51,394 nt of DNA from Candidatus Sedimenticola endophacoides (GTDB taxonomy: Bacteria; Pseudomonadota; Gammaproteobacteria; Chromatiales; Chromatiaceae): assembly GCA_003062345.1 (NCBI GenBank), contig PQCO01000184.1, positions 1 to 51,394 on the forward strand, read 5' to 3'. Positions 9,742 to 21,680 of the stretch are shown here, in pieces (the stretch's first letter is position 1; each line of letters opens with the position of its first letter). The notes under the pieces were generated by a model that did no database searches, was not told the DNA's origin, and saw only the letters and a program-made list of their open reading frames with translations. The position numbers and the translations under genes were made by a program.

Positions 9742-10751
9742 GATGGATCCGCTTCGGCGCGGGCCTGGCGTATCGCCCGGCTGAGCTGATAGACCGCCAT
9801 GGCGTAGTGGTTGCTGTGGTTGTAGCGGGTGATCACGTAGAAGTTGTGCAGCCCGAGCCAGTACTCCTCTCCCCTGTCGAGCTTGAGGCGCACCAGGCTG
9901 GCGAGGGTGTCGCCGGGGAGGTCGGTGGTGAGTTCGATGCCCGCCTCGCGCAGTTCGCTGAGGGTCAGCGAGGGCTTCATTCCCGCCTTGGAGAAGCGGT
10001 GGTGGGCCTTGCCACCCCCCTCCAGGCGGTGGGTGACCGGTTCGCCCGGGCGCCAGCCGTGGTCCTTGAAATAGGCGGCTACGCTGCCGATGACATCGGC
10101 GTTGTTGTGCCACAGGTCGCGTTTGCCGTCGCGGTCGAAGTCGATCGCGTAGGCCCGGTAGCTGCTGGGGATGAACTGGGCCTGCCCGAGGGCGCCGGCG
10201 TAGGAGCCCTGGGCCTGGGCGGGGTCGAGTCCCTCTTCCTGGCACAGCAACAGAAACGCCTCCAGTTCGCCCTGAAAGAACTTGCCGCGGCGCGGGTAGC
10301 CGAAGCCGAGGGTGGTGAGGGCGTCGAGTACCGGGTAGCTGCCGGTGTGGCGGCCGTAGCGGCTCTCGACCCCGATGATGGCGACGATGATCTCGGCCGG
10401 CACGCCGTAGCGCGCCTCGGCTTCGCTCAGCAGCGTCTGGTTCTCGTTCCAGAACTCCACACCCTGCCGGGTGCGCGAGTCGGTGACGAAGATCGGCCGG
10501 TATTGGTGCCAGGGTTTTGCCTCGGAGGGGCGGCTGATGGCGTCGACGATGCCCTGGCGGTAGCGCCCGGGGGTGATCATCTCCCGCAGGTGCGAGGTCT
10601 CGAATCCGTGCTTGTCGGCCATGCGCTGGATGAATCCGGCGATCTCCTGTTCGAATCCGGGGGGCGGGCCGGCCAGGGCGGCCGGGGTGGCGCCCGCGAT
10701 GAGAAGGCCGAGCAGGGCCGTCTTGAGGGTCGTTGTGTCCATTGTCCGCAT
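9738..10751 (-). CDS. mltB: Lytic murein transglycosylase B
   Basis: IIGVESRYG, GSYAGALGQAQFIPSS, DFDRDG EF-hand-like loop, ITRYNHS. Confidence 0.93.
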   Translation of the reverse strand: MRTMDTTTLKTALLGLLIAGATPAALAGPPPGFEQEIAGFIQRMADKHGFETSHLREMITPGRYRQGIVDAISRPSEAKPWHQYRPIFVTDSRTRQGVEFWNENQTLLSEAEARYGVPAEIIVAIIGVESRYGRHTGSYPVLDALTTLGFGYPRRGKFFQGELEAFLLLCQEEGLDPAQAQGSYAGALGQAQFIPSSYRAYAIDFDRDGKRDLWHNNADVIGSVAAYFKDHGWRPGEPVTHRLEGGGKAHHRFSKAGMKPSLTLSELREAGIELTTDLPGDTLASLVRLKLDRGEEYWLGLHNFYVITRYNHSNHYAMAVYQLSRAIRQARAEADPS

Positions 10752-10770
10752 GGCCTCGTGGTTGGTGATC

Positions 10771-11910
10771 CTAGGTCGGTAGCAGTTTGCGGTGGGTCTG
10801 GATCGACATCAGGATACCGAATCCAGCCATGATGGTCACCAGTGAGGTGCCGCCGTAGCTGATCAGGGGCAGGGGTACCCCGACTACCGGCAGGATGCCG
10901 CTGACCATGCCGGTATTGACGAACAGGTAGACGAAAAAGACCAGGGTCAGGGCGCCGCCGAGCAGCCGTCCGTAGGTGTCCTGGGCATTGGCCGCGATGT
11001 AGAGCCCGCGCAGGATGATGAACAGGTAGAGGACGATCAGCAGCGCCACCCCGGCGAAGCCGAACTCCTCGGAGAGGACCGCGAAGATGAAGTCGGTGGT
11101 GCGCTCGGGCAGAAATTCCAGGTGGGACTGGGTGCCGTTGAGCCAGCCCTTGCCGTAGAGTCCGCCGGAGCCGATGGCGATCTTTGACTGGATGATATGG
11201 TAGCCGGTGCCCAGGGGGTCGCTCTCGGGGTTGAGGAAGGTGATCACGCGGTCGCGCTGATAGTCGTGCATGCCCCAGCGCCAGAGTACCCAGGCCGAGG
11301 GGATGGCGGTGAGGAGCATACCGCCGATGAAGCGCCAGCTCAGGCCGGCCAGAAACAGCACGAAGATGCCGGCGCTGGCGACCAGCAGCGAGGTGCCCAG
11401 GTCCGGTTGCCGGGCGATCATCACCACCGGCACGGCGATCATCAGGCCGGCGGTGCCGAGGCGTTGCCAGGAGGGGGGGAGGCGTTTCTCCGCCAGGAAT
11501 CCGGCGATCATCATGGGCATGGCGATCTTCATCAGCTCCGAGGGCTGAAAGCGGAACAGGCCGAGGTCCAGCCAGCGTTGGGCGCCTTTCCCGATGGCGC
11601 CCACAGCGAGCACCGCGGCCAGCATCAGCAACGCCGCGGCGAATAGCCAGGGGGACCAGCGGCGCAGGGTGTCGGGGCGGATCTGGGCCAGGGTGATCAT
11701 GAAGCCGAAGGCCAGTCCGAGGCGCACCAGCTGGCGCTGAATCTGTCCCAGGTCCTGATTGCTGGCGCTGAAGAGCACCACCAGGCCAAAGCCGCAGAGC
11801 AGGATCACGCCGGTCAGCAGGGGCAGGTCCAGGTGCAGACCGGCCAGCAGCCCATGGGCCTTGGCCGGGTTGGATTCACGCAGGCCGCTGCGCTGGTGGG
11901 GCAGGTTCAC
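10771..11910 (-). CDS. rodA: Rod shape-determining protein RodA
   Basis: GAQRW, QPSELMK, QPDLGT, FLPERTTDFIF, PLISYGG SEDS motifs. Confidence 0.96.
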   Translation of the reverse strand: MNLPHQRSGLRESNPAKAHGLLAGLHLDLPLLTGVILLCGFGLVVLFSASNQDLGQIQRQLVRLGLAFGFMITLAQIRPDTLRRWSPWLFAAALLMLAAVLAVGAIGKGAQRWLDLGLFRFQPSELMKIAMPMMIAGFLAEKRLPPSWQRLGTAGLMIAVPVVMIARQPDLGTSLLVASAGIFVLFLAGLSWRFIGGMLLTAIPSAWVLWRWGMHDYQRDRVITFLNPESDPLGTGYHIIQSKIAIGSGGLYGKGWLNGTQSHLEFLPERTTDFIFAVLSEEFGFAGVALLIVLYLFIILRGLYIAANAQDTYGRLLGGALTLVFFVYLFVNTGMVSGILPVVGVPLPLISYGGTSLVTIMAGFGILMSIQTHRKLLPT

Positions 11911-13751
11911 CGGGGCTCTCCAAGCAGGTACTGGTCCATGATGCGGCGTGCGATGGGGGCGGCCACGGAGCCGCCGTGGCCGCCGTTCTCGACCACCACG
12001 GCGACTGCGATGCGCGGCTTCTCAACCGGTGCGAAGGCGATGAACAGGGCGTGGTCGCGCATCCGCTTGTCGATCGTCTCCTCGTCGTACTCCTCGTCCT
12101 GCTTGACGGTGAATACCTGGGCAGTACCGGTCTTGCCGGCGATGCGGTAGTCGTCGGAGCGGATTCGTTTGGCCGTGCCCCGCAGCCCCTCGATCACCTG
12201 GCTCATGGCAAAGACGATGTTGTGCCAGTTCTTTTGTGTCTGCACCGGGAGCTGCTCCGGTGGAGTGGGCGTCAGTTTTTCGGGCTGCTCCTGCAGCGGT
12301 CCGCGCACTGCGCTGAGCACGTGCGGGCGGTTGTGCCGGCCGCCCATGGCGAGGGTGGCGGTGGCGCTGGCCAGTTGCAGGGGGGTGGTCAGGACGTAGC
12401 ACTGGCCGATACCCATGATCAGGGTCTCGCCCGGATACCAGGATTCGTTGCGGGTGCGTCTCTTCCACTCCCGCGAGGGGAGGAGCCCGCCCAGCTCGCC
12501 GGTGATGTCGATGCCGGTGCGTCTGCCGAAGCGGAAGTGGTCGAGGAACTCGTGCAGCCGGTCCACCCCGAGCCGGTTCGCCAGATCGTAATAGTAGACG
12601 TCGCAGGACTGGGTGATGGCGTCGGTCAGATCCACATGGCCGTGGCCGGTCTTCTTCCAGTCGCGGTAGCGGTGGCTGCTGTTGGGCAGGCTGTAGCTGC
12701 CGGTGCAGTGGATGCGTTTGCCGGGGGTGGTGGCACCGTACTCCAGGCCCGCCAGGCCGATGAAGGGTTTGATGGTGGACCCTGGTGGATATTGGCCGCG
12801 CATGGCGCGGTTGAACAGCGGTTTGTCCGGAGATTGCTGCAGCGCCTTGTAGTTGCCGGGGCTGATGCCCTCGACGAACAGGTTGGTGTCGAAGCCGGGC
12901 TTGCTCACCAGTGCCAGGACCTCGCCGGTGGCGGGGTCGATGGCCGCCGCCGCTCCATTCTCTTCGCCGAAGGCGTCGATGATGGTGGCCTGCAACCGGG
13001 CGTCGATGGTGAGGTAGAGGTCGTCGCCGGGCACCGGCGGTTGGCTCTCCAGGGTGCTGATGGCGCGGCCGAGGACGTTCACCTCCACCTGCCGGAAGCC
13101 CACCTTGCCGTGCAGCCGCTCCTCGTAGCTCTTCTCCACGCCGGTTTTGCCGATGTGGCTGGTGGCGGAGTAGTTGGAGGCGTCGATGCGCGCGGCCTCG
13201 CGCGGGTTGATGCGCCCGACGTAGCCGATCACGTGGGAGGTCTTGTCGCCTAGCGGGTAGTCGCGCAGCAGCTTGGCCTGGATCTCCACCCCCGGGAAAC
13301 GGTGGCGGTTGACCGAGAAGCGGGCCACCTCCTGCTCGTTCAGGCGCACCCGGATCGGGATGCTGTCGAAGCGGCGGCGCTGTGCGCGCAGGCGCTGGAA
13401 GCGTTTGATGTCGGCGTCACTGATCTCGATCAGCTGACGCAACTCCCCGATGGTTTGATCCATGTCCCGGACCCGCTCGGGAATGATCTCCAGGCTGTGG
13501 CTCGGCAGATTCTGGGCCAGGATCACACCGTTGCGGTCGTAGATCAGACCGCGGGTGGGGGGGATCGGCTCGATCTTCACCCGGTTGTCCTGGGAGAGGG
13601 TGGTGAAGTGCTGATGGTCGAGGATCTGCAGCTTCAGCAGGCGCAACATCACCAGACCCAGCAACAGCACTACGAAGGCGGCGGCGGCGAGGACGCGGCC
13701 GCGAAACAGGCGGCCTTCACGCAGATGGTCCTTGAGTGCGAGGTGGGACAT
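11907..13751 (-). CDS. mrdA: Penicillin-binding protein 2
   Basis: PTRGLIYDRNG, PGSTIKP (SxxK), QSCD (SxD), KTGTAQ. Confidence 0.96.
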   Translation of the reverse strand: MSHLALKDHLREGRLFRGRVLAAAAFVVLLLGLVMLRLLKLQILDHQHFTTLSQDNRVKIEPIPPTRGLIYDRNGVILAQNLPSHSLEIIPERVRDMDQTIGELRQLIEISDADIKRFQRLRAQRRRFDSIPIRVRLNEQEVARFSVNRHRFPGVEIQAKLLRDYPLGDKTSHVIGYVGRINPREAARIDASNYSATSHIGKTGVEKSYEERLHGKVGFRQVEVNVLGRAISTLESQPPVPGDDLYLTIDARLQATIIDAFGEENGAAAAIDPATGEVLALVSKPGFDTNLFVEGISPGNYKALQQSPDKPLFNRAMRGQYPPGSTIKPFIGLAGLEYGATTPGKRIHCTGSYSLPNSSHRYRDWKKTGHGHVDLTDAITQSCDVYYYDLANRLGVDRLHEFLDHFRFGRRTGIDITGELGGLLPSREWKRRTRNESWYPGETLIMGIGQCYVLTTPLQLASATATLAMGGRHNRPHVLSAVRGPLQEQPEKLTPTPPEQLPVQTQKNWHNIVFAMSQVIEGLRGTAKRIRSDDYRIAGKTGTAQVFTVKQDEEYDEETIDKRMRDHALFIAFAPVEKPRIAVAVVVENGGHGGSVAAPIARRIMDQYLLGEPR

Positions 13752-13753
13752 GC

Positions 13754-14242
13754 CTAGCTCACCTGGAATCGTCTTCTGAGATCACGCAGGACGATGTAGA
13801 TCCAGGGCCACAGGAACATGCCGACCAGCGGCGGTGTCCAGTAGGCGAGCGGTGGGGTGGGGGCGGCCACCGCCCCCATCACCCAGAACGAGAAGAGCTT
13901 CTCCAGCAGCAGCAGCCCGAGTACGCTGAGCGATTGCTGCCAGAGCGGGACCAGACGCATCCGCAGGTGGGTCTGATGGGTGAGGAAGGCGATCAGGGCG
14001 AGCGACAGGGCGTGTTGTCCGAGCAGGGTGCCGGTGAGCACGTCGACGATCAGACCGAGCAGCCAGCCGCTGAGTACGCCTACCCGCTGGGGCAGCGCCA
14101 TCACCCAGTAGATCAGGGCCAGGGTGTACCACTGGGGGCGCAATGGCCGCGCCCACTCCGGCATCGGGAAAACCGTCAGCAGCAGGGCGATGAGCAGGGT
14201 GGCGAAGATAATGATGCCGCCGCTGTGCCGGGATACGCTCAT
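13754..14242 (-). CDS. mreD: Rod shape-determining protein MreD
   Basis: Hydrophobic; RPQW..LIYWVMALP, DVLTGTLLGQHAL; ATG overlaps the mreC stop. Confidence 0.93.
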   Translation of the reverse strand: MSVSRHSGGIIIFATLLIALLLTVFPMPEWARPLRPQWYTLALIYWVMALPQRVGVLSGWLLGLIVDVLTGTLLGQHALSLALIAFLTHQTHLRMRLVPLWQQSLSVLGLLLLEKLFSFWVMGAVAAPTPPLAYWTPPLVGMFLWPWIYIVLRDLRRRFQVS

Positions 14243-15123
14243 GGATTCTCCCGCTCCGCCGGTTGGGCCCCTGCCTCGCCCTGGCTCGGCAGCGGCGGCA
14301 GCTCCAGTTTCCACACCAGCAGCGCCTCACGGATCCGGTCGAGGTGGGCGTGGGGCCGCGCCGTGACCCGCGCGAAGGGCTGACCCGGGACGCGCTCCAC
14401 GGCGGTGACCTCAGCCACCGGATAGCCGGAGGGGAAGCGGCCGCCGAAGCCGGAGGTGACCAGCTCGTCACCCACCCTGATGTCGGCGTTGTTGGGCAGG
14501 TGGGGCAGTTCCAGGCCACCGCCGCTGCCGGCCGTGCCGATGGCGATGCCGCGCAGACCGTTGCGGTTGACCTGCACCGGGGTGGCGTGACTCGGGTCGG
14601 TGATCAGCAGCACCGTGGAGGAGGTCGGGTTGACATGGGTCACCTGGCCCATCACCCCTTTGGCGTCGAGCAGCGGCTGGCCGGCATAGACCCCCGAGCG
14701 TCGGCCCTTGTTGATCGTCACCTGTTGGCGGTAGGGGTCGAAGTCGGCGGCGATCAACTCGGCGATCAGTACCCGTTCCCCGAGCTGGAAGGCGGAGTCG
14801 AGCAGATAGCGCAGACGCTGGTTTTCCGCCTCCACCGCCGCGACCTTCTGCTGGCGCGCCTGGAGGATCAGGTTGATGCGGCGCAGTTCGCTGTTCTCCT
14901 CCTGGAGACGGGTGCGGGTGGCGAAGGTCTCGGAGAGCCAGTCGCCCGCCGAGCGCGGCAGGTCGGCCGCCAGTTGCAGGGGGTAGACCACCACCGAGAG
15001 TACCGAGCGCAGGCTCTCCATGTGCTTGAAGCGATGGTCCAGGATCATCAGCGCGAGCGAGACCAGCACCGCGGCGATGACCCGGAGGGTGGTGGACGGT
15101 CCTTCTGTGAAGATCGGTTTGAT
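14239..15123 (-). CDS. mreC: Rod shape-determining protein MreC (apparent ATC start)
   Basis: IKPIFTEGPS N-terminus, coiled coil, LVTSGFGGRFPSGYPV; in-frame TGA at 15130-15132 excludes an upstream canonical start. Confidence 0.92.
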   Translation of the reverse strand: MKPIFTEGPSTTLRVIAAVLVSLALMILDHRFKHMESLRSVLSVVVYPLQLAADLPRSAGDWLSETFATRTRLQEENSELRRINLILQARQQKVAAVEAENQRLRYLLDSAFQLGERVLIAELIAADFDPYRQQVTINKGRRSGVYAGQPLLDAKGVMGQVTHVNPTSSTVLLITDPSHATPVQVNRNGLRGIAIGTAGSGGGLELPHLPNNADIRVGDELVTSGFGGRFPSGYPVAEVTAVERVPGQPFARVTARPHAHLDRIREALLVWKLELPPLPSQGEAGAQPAERENP

Positions 15124-15169
15124 AGCTGATCAGCCTCCGCCTGGCAGATTCGGGCGAGGATGGTCGCTG

Positions 15170-16312
<1,143 letters not shown>

Positions 16313-16466
16313 CTAACCTTCTCCGGGGCGGGGGGCAAGCGGACGCAGCGGAAAATTGCCCCCGTGGCGGGGTGTGCGGGAACGGAAGTCTTGTTGATGG
16401 GCCTGCAATCGAGTCGCCAAATGTGGTAATTTCCCCCCTTTTCCCCGAGCCACGAACGAGGACGCT

Positions 16467-16754
16467 ATGTCGCTGGAAAGAGCCGATGTCGAAAAGATCG
16501 CCCACCTGGCGCGTATCGCCGTGGATGAGGAGGAGTTGGACGCCGTGGCCGGCGGCCTCTCCAATATTCTCGACCTGGTCGAGCAGATGAAGGCGGTCGA
16601 TACCCGGGGGGTCGAGCCGATGGCCCACCCTCTGCACATGGTCCAGCGCCTGCGCGAGGACCGGGTTACCGAGAGCGACCAGCGAGAGCGCTTCCAGGCG
16701 GTGGCCCCGCAGACCGAGGCGGGTCTCTATCTGGTCCCCAAGGTGATCGAGTGA
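16467..16754 (+). CDS. gatC: Asp/Glu-tRNA amidotransferase subunit C
   Basis: [23 protein letters not shown]. Confidence 0.95.
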   Translation: MSLERADVEKIAHLARIAVDEEELDAVAGGLSNILDLVEQMKAVDTRGVEPMAHPLHMVQRLREDRVTESDQRERFQAVAPQTEAGLYLVPKVIE

Positions 16755-16805
16755 CGCGCCCCGGGCGTGTCCTTTCCTTCCCCAAGGAACAACGAGAGCA
16801 TTCAC

Positions 16806-18260
16806 ATGCATAACAAATCCATATCCGAGCTGTCGGCCGGATTGCGCCAGGGGGCGTTCTCCAGCGTTGAGCTGACCCGGCACTTTCTCGATCGCATCGC
16901 CCGTCACGACGAGCGTCTCAACGCCTATATCACCCGCACCGAGGAGGCGGCCCTGGCCGGGGCCCGGGCCGCCGACGCGCGCATCGCCGCCGGTGAGGCG
17001 GGGCCGCTGACCGGTATCCCGATCGCCCACAAGGATATCTTCTGTACCGACGGTATCCGCACCACCTGCGGCTCACGCATGCTGGAGCGCTTCACCGCCC
17101 CCTACGACGCTACCGTGGTGAGCCGCTTCAAGCAGGCCGGCGCGGTGGTGCTGGGCAAGACCAATATGGACGAGTTCGCCATGGGCTCGTCCAATGAGAC
17201 CAGCTACTACGGCGCGGTGCGCAATCCCTGGGATACCACCCGGGTGCCCGGGGGTTCCTCCGGCGGCTCGGCCGCCGCGGTGGCGGCGCGGCTGTGCGTG
17301 GCGGCCACCGGCACCGATACCGGCGGCTCGATCCGCCAGCCCGCCGCCCTGTGCGGCATCACCGGCCTCAAGCCCACCTACGGGCGGGTCTCGCGCTACG
17401 GCATGATCGCCTTCGCCTCCTCCCTGGATCAGGCGGGTCCGATGGCCGCCAGCGCCGAGGACGCGGCGACCCTGCTGCAGGCGATGGCCGGGTTCGACGA
17501 GCGCGACTCCACCAGTGCCCAGGAACCGGTCCCCGACTACAGCGCGGCCCTCGGGGGGGATCTGGCCGGGGTGAGGATCGGCCTGCCCAAGGAGTATTTC
17601 GGCGCCGGGCTCGACCCCGCGGTGGCCGCCTCGGTGGAACAGGCGATCGACGAATACCGGCGGCTTGGTGCTGAGGTGGTCGAGATCTCCCTGCCCAACA
17701 CCTCCCTGGCGGTGCCGGTCTACTACGTGGTCGCCCCCGCCGAGTGCTCCTCCAATCTGGCGCGCTTCGACGGTGTGCGTTACGGTCACCGCTGCGAGGC
17801 GCCGCGCGATCTGGAGGATCTCTACAAGCGCTCCCGGGCCGAGGGTTTCGGTCCCGAGGTGAAACGGCGCATCATGATCGGCACCTATGCCCTATCCGCC
17901 GGTTACTACGACGCCTACTATCTGAAGGCGCAGCAGATTCGCCACCTCATCTCCGATGACTTTGCCAGGGCCTTCCGGGAGGTGGATGTGATCCTGGGCC
18001 CGACCACCCCCGGCACCGCCTTTGCCCTGGGCGAGAAGGCGGATGATCCGGTCAGCATGTATCTCTCCGATATCTACACCATCGCCGTCAACCTGGCGGG
18101 CCTGCCCGGCATATCGGTGCCGGTGGCCCCGGCGGACGGGCGGCCGGTGGGGCTGCAGCTCATCGGGAACTATTTCCAGGAGGCGCGCCTGCTGAATCTG
18201 GCACACCGTCTGCAGCAGGCGACCGACTGGCACAAGGCCGCCCCGGCGGAATTCGAATAA
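16806..18260 (+). CDS. gatA: Asp/Glu-tRNA amidotransferase subunit A
   Basis: Amidase signature [21 protein letters not shown]; start MHNKS. Confidence 0.97.
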   Translation: MHNKSISELSAGLRQGAFSSVELTRHFLDRIARHDERLNAYITRTEEAALAGARAADARIAAGEAGPLTGIPIAHKDIFCTDGIRTTCGSRMLERFTAPYDATVVSRFKQAGAVVLGKTNMDEFAMGSSNETSYYGAVRNPWDTTRVPGGSSGGSAAAVAARLCVAATGTDTGGSIRQPAALCGITGLKPTYGRVSRYGMIAFASSLDQAGPMAASAEDAATLLQAMAGFDERDSTSAQEPVPDYSAALGGDLAGVRIGLPKEYFGAGLDPAVAASVEQAIDEYRRLGAEVVEISLPNTSLAVPVYYVVAPAECSSNLARFDGVRYGHRCEAPRDLEDLYKRSRAEGFGPEVKRRIMIGTYALSAGYYDAYYLKAQQIRHLISDDFARAFREVDVILGPTTPGTAFALGEKADDPVSMYLSDIYTIAVNLAGLPGISVPVAPADGRPVGLQLIGNYFQEARLLNLAHRLQQATDWHKAAPAEFE

Positions 18261-18272
18261 GGCAGGTACATC

Positions 18273-19715
18273 ATGCAGTGGGAAACCGTGATCGGGCTGG
18301 AGATCCATGCCCAGTTGGCAACCAGGTCGAAGATCTTCTCCGGCGCCTCCACCGCGTTTGGCGCCGCGCCCAACACCCAGGCCTGCAATATCGATCTGGG
18401 CCTGCCCGGCGTGCTGCCGGTGCTCAACCGCGAGGTGGTGCGGATGGCGGTGCGTTTTGCCACCGCCATCGACGCCGAACTGGGTCGGCGCTCGGTGTTC
18501 GCACGCAAGAACTACTTCTACCCCGACCTGCCCAAAGGCTATCAGATCAGCCAGTACGAGCTGCCCATCGTCGGGCGCGGGCATGTCGAGATCCTGCTTG
18601 AGGAGGGCGCGGCCAAGCGCATCGGCGTCACCCGCGCCCACCTGGAGGAGGATGCCGGGAAATCCCTGCACGAGGATTTTCATGGCAGCACCGGCATCGA
18701 TCTCAACCGCGCCGGCACCCCGCTGCTGGAGATCGTCTCGGAGCCCGACATGCGCTCGGCCCGGGAGGCGGTGGCCTACGCGCGCAAGATCCATCAGATC
18801 GTCCAGTATCTCGGCATCTGTGATGGAAACATGCAGGAGGGCTCGTTTCGCTGCGATGCCAACGTCTCGGTGCGGCCCATGGGCGAGGATCGCTTGGGTA
18901 CCCGGGCCGAACTGAAGAACATCAACTCCTTCCGCTTCCTGGAGCGCGCCATCAATTTCGAGGTGGAGCGCCAGATCGACCTCATCGAGTCGGGCGGTAA
19001 GGTGGTGCAGGAGACCCGCCTGTATGACGCGGCCCGGGATGAGACCCGCTCCATGCGCACCAAGGAGGAGGCCAACGACTACCGCTACTTCCCGGATCCG
19101 GACCTGCTGCCGGTGGAGCTCGACGACGCCTTCATCGAGGCGGTGCGGTCCGATATGCCGGAGCTGCCCGATGCCAAGCGCCAGCGCTTCAGCGAGGCCT
19201 ATGGGCTGAGTGCCTACGATGCATCCGTGGTCACGGCCAGCCTGTCTCTGGCGGACTACTTCGAGACCGTGGCCGAGGCCGCCGGGGACGCCAAGCTGGC
19301 GGCCAACTGGGTGATGGGCGAGCTGGCCGCCGCTCTGAACAAGGAGAACCTGGAGATCGGCTCCTCCCCGGTGGATGCTCCCCGGCTCGGCGCCATGTTG
19401 CGGCGCATCGCCGACAACACCATCTCGGGAAAGATCGCCAAACAGGTCTTCGAGGCGATGTGGAACGGCGAGGGCGGCGCCGATGAGATCATCGAGGCGC
19501 GGGGGCTGAAGCAGATCACCGACAGCGGCGCCATCGAACGGGTGGTGGACGAGGTGATCGCCGCCAATCCCCAGCAGGTGGAGAGCTACCGGGGCGCGGA
19601 GGCGGCCAAGCAGGGCAAGATGCTCGGCTTCTTCGTCGGGCAGGTGATGAAGGCCTCCCAGGGCAAGGCCAACCCCAAGCAGGTCAACGAGCTGCTGCGC
19701 CAGAAGCTCTCTTAG
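18273..19715 (+). CDS. gatB: Asp/Glu-tRNA amidotransferase subunit B
   Basis: [35 protein letters not shown]. Confidence 0.98.
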   Translation: MQWETVIGLEIHAQLATRSKIFSGASTAFGAAPNTQACNIDLGLPGVLPVLNREVVRMAVRFATAIDAELGRRSVFARKNYFYPDLPKGYQISQYELPIVGRGHVEILLEEGAAKRIGVTRAHLEEDAGKSLHEDFHGSTGIDLNRAGTPLLEIVSEPDMRSAREAVAYARKIHQIVQYLGICDGNMQEGSFRCDANVSVRPMGEDRLGTRAELKNINSFRFLERAINFEVERQIDLIESGGKVVQETRLYDAARDETRSMRTKEEANDYRYFPDPDLLPVELDDAFIEAVRSDMPELPDAKRQRFSEAYGLSAYDASVVTASLSLADYFETVAEAAGDAKLAANWVMGELAAALNKENLEIGSSPVDAPRLGAMLRRIADNTISGKIAKQVFEAMWNGEGGADEIIEARGLKQITDSGAIERVVDEVIAANPQQVESYRGAEAAKQGKMLGFFVGQVMKASQGKANPKQVNELLRQKLS

Positions 19716-20740
19716 TCCACCATGATACGGTCGCGGCCGCCGTGCTTGGCCGCGTACAGTGCCTCATCCGCCTGCTGGATCAGGTCGGTGGGGTCCTGGT
19801 CGGGCCGGTAGCCCGCGACCCCGCCGGAGATGGTCACCTGGCCGATCGATTCACGGCTTCCGGTGCGTACCAGGCGCGCCTCGCGAATGGTGTGGCGGAT
19901 CCCCTCGGCCAGGGCCGTGGCCTCCTCCAGGGAGGAGGCGGGGTAGAGCAGGGTGAACTCCTCACCGCCGTAGCGCGCGGCCAGGCAGTTGTCGCAGGCG
20001 TGCTCCTTGAGGGTCTTGGCGACAAAGCGGATCACCTTGTCGCCGATGACGTGACCATGGGTGTCGTTGACCCGTTTGAAGTGGTCGATGTCGAACATCA
20101 ACAGGTGCAGCGGGGTGGCGTTGCGCGCGGCGTCGGCGATCAACGTCTCCAGCCGCTCGGCGAAGGCGGTGCGGTTGGCCAGGCCGGTCAGGGGGTCGGT
20201 GGTGGCGCGGTGACGCACCTGCTCCAGCTCGACCTTGAGCTGGTCCATCTCCTGGCTCTTGGTGTCGAAATCCTGTTGCATCCGCTGCAGGGATGAGCGC
20301 ATCTGCGAGGTCTCGTGCAGTACCGCCTGTAGCAGTTCCATGCCGCTGGCGGCCTGTCGTGGGCTATCGTCCAGGTCGCTGTGCAGGCGTTGCAGGGTGT
20401 CGTCATAGCTGCGCGCACGCTCTCCGGTGGCGCTGATGGCACCGCTGGTCTCGCGCAGCAGCGCCTGCAGTTGCTCGCCGATGCGCGCCATCGCCAGATG
20501 CTGGTCCGGGGAGTTGAGCAGGGCGAACAGCTCCTCGTTGAGTTGCCCGGAGAACGGGATCTGCCCGGCGATGGCCTGGTCGATGCGCGCGGACAGGGCC
20601 TTTTCGTCACCCAGGACGTAGTGGTACCAGACGGCGTAGTTCTCCGGGGTGGCCGGTATCTTGTGCTGGTGCATCAGCGGGAGGATGCGGCGCAGGTGTT
20701 CAGCGTTCAGCTCAATCGCTTGCTCGATTTTGGGGTCCAT
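19712..20740 (-). CDS. Soluble diguanylate cyclase (helical N-terminus plus GGDEF domain)
   Basis: [39 protein letters not shown]; N-terminal [12 protein letters not shown]; start ATG 20740. Confidence 0.92.
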   Translation of the reverse strand: MDPKIEQAIELNAEHLRRILPLMHQHKIPATPENYAVWYHYVLGDEKALSARIDQAIAGQIPFSGQLNEELFALLNSPDQHLAMARIGEQLQALLRETSGAISATGERARSYDDTLQRLHSDLDDSPRQAASGMELLQAVLHETSQMRSSLQRMQQDFDTKSQEMDQLKVELEQVRHRATTDPLTGLANRTAFAERLETLIADAARNATPLHLLMFDIDHFKRVNDTHGHVIGDKVIRFVAKTLKEHACDNCLAARYGGEEFTLLYPASSLEEATALAEGIRHTIREARLVRTGSRESIGQVTISGGVAGYRPDQDPTDLIQQADEALYAAKHGGRDRIMVD

Positions 20741-20891
20741 GGCCTGATCGTCGAAAACGGGAATTTCAATACTCGGTGACTGGAAATATGGCAGTCCGGA
20801 GCGGAAAGGGCAAGCCCGCTTCATCCGTGCGCCGCGCCACCCGACAGGACAGTGCCTGTTTTGGTGAAAGCTCGTATGTCGAACATAACCG

Positions 20892-20919
20892 ATTATCTGA
20901 CAGGTGTTTTTCCGGTCAA
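20892..20919 (-). promoter_or_regulatory. Putative sigma70 promoter for the GGDEF gene
   Basis: TTGACC-N16-GATAAT on the minus strand. Confidence 0.4.
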
Positions 20920-20945
20920 CTGGTTCGTGCGCCGAGCGATGTCGG

Positions 20946-21680
20946 CTAGCGGGCGTAGTGCCGGGCGATACGCTGAACCAGCTCTTGTTTGTCCTCTCGG
21001 GCATGGATGACCGTGCGAGCCAGCTCCAGCAGCTTCTGCTGGTTGGCGCGGGCGTAGCCGCGCAGGGCCTCGAAGGCCTCCTCCTGTTCGACCTGGAGCC
21101 GCTCCATGTAGATACCGACGGCGACGCTGATTTCGCGGTTGCGGTCAATGGCGCCGCTGAGGCGGGTGTGGGTCTCGGCGTGGCGTCTGCGCTCTGCGGC
21201 GTAGTTGAGGGCGAGGGTGACCAGCGACCGCAGCTGTGACTGCTGGGGTGGTTTGATCAGGTAGCCGAGGGTGCCGGGAGGGCAGGGCTGGCCGGCACCG
21301 GGGTGCGTGTCGCCGTTGATCGCCACCAGGCATTCGATGTGCAGCTCCTCCCACAGGCGCCGGGCCAGTGTAGTGGGGTTCGCGCCGGGTGCTTCGGCAT
21401 CGATCAGCGCCAGCTGGGGCCGGTGTTGCAGGCCCAGCTGCAGGGCTTGTAATGGACCCCGGCAACGCAGTACCGGGAAGCCCGATGCGCTCAGCTCCGC
21501 GCTTAGCAGCCGGTCGTGCTCGACCACGAGCAGGAAGAGGTGGGGTGTCGTCTTTGGGGGTGGTTTTTCTGGTTGCCATGGTGTTCGTACTGCCGACAGA
21601 GGCGCTCTCCGGCGGATCGTGTTGTTGTCTAGCCCCCGCCCGATCCTCGCACCGGCCAGGGAGGTGAACCGAATCGGCAC
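20946..21680 (-). CDS. REC-ANTAR response regulator (AmiR/NasT-like); start uncertain
   Basis: LLVVEHD, LALIDA, GYLIKP receiver motifs; ANTAR REISVAVGIYMER...EEAFEALRGYARANQQKL. Confidence 0.82.
   Translation of the reverse strand: MPIRFTSLAGARIGRGLDNNTIRRRAPLSAVRTPWQPEKPPPKTTPHLFLLVVEHDRLLSAELSASGFPVLRCRGPLQALQLGLQHRPQLALIDAEAPGANPTTLARRLWEELHIECLVAINGDTHPGAGQPCPPGTLGYLIKPPQQSQLRSLVTLALNYAAERRRHAETHTRLSGAIDRNREISVAVGIYMERLQVEQEEAFEALRGYARANQQKLLELARTVIHAREDKQELVQRIARHYAR

Noticed and set aside
16467-19715. gatCAB in a gammaproteobacterium
   Set aside because: Normal outside enterics, and divergent placement next to mreB is a known arrangement.
20741-20890. Candidate ANTAR dual-hairpin motif in the cyclase leader
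   Set aside because: Loops do not cleanly match the A1/G4 hexaloop with paired stems, so it was not called as a feature.
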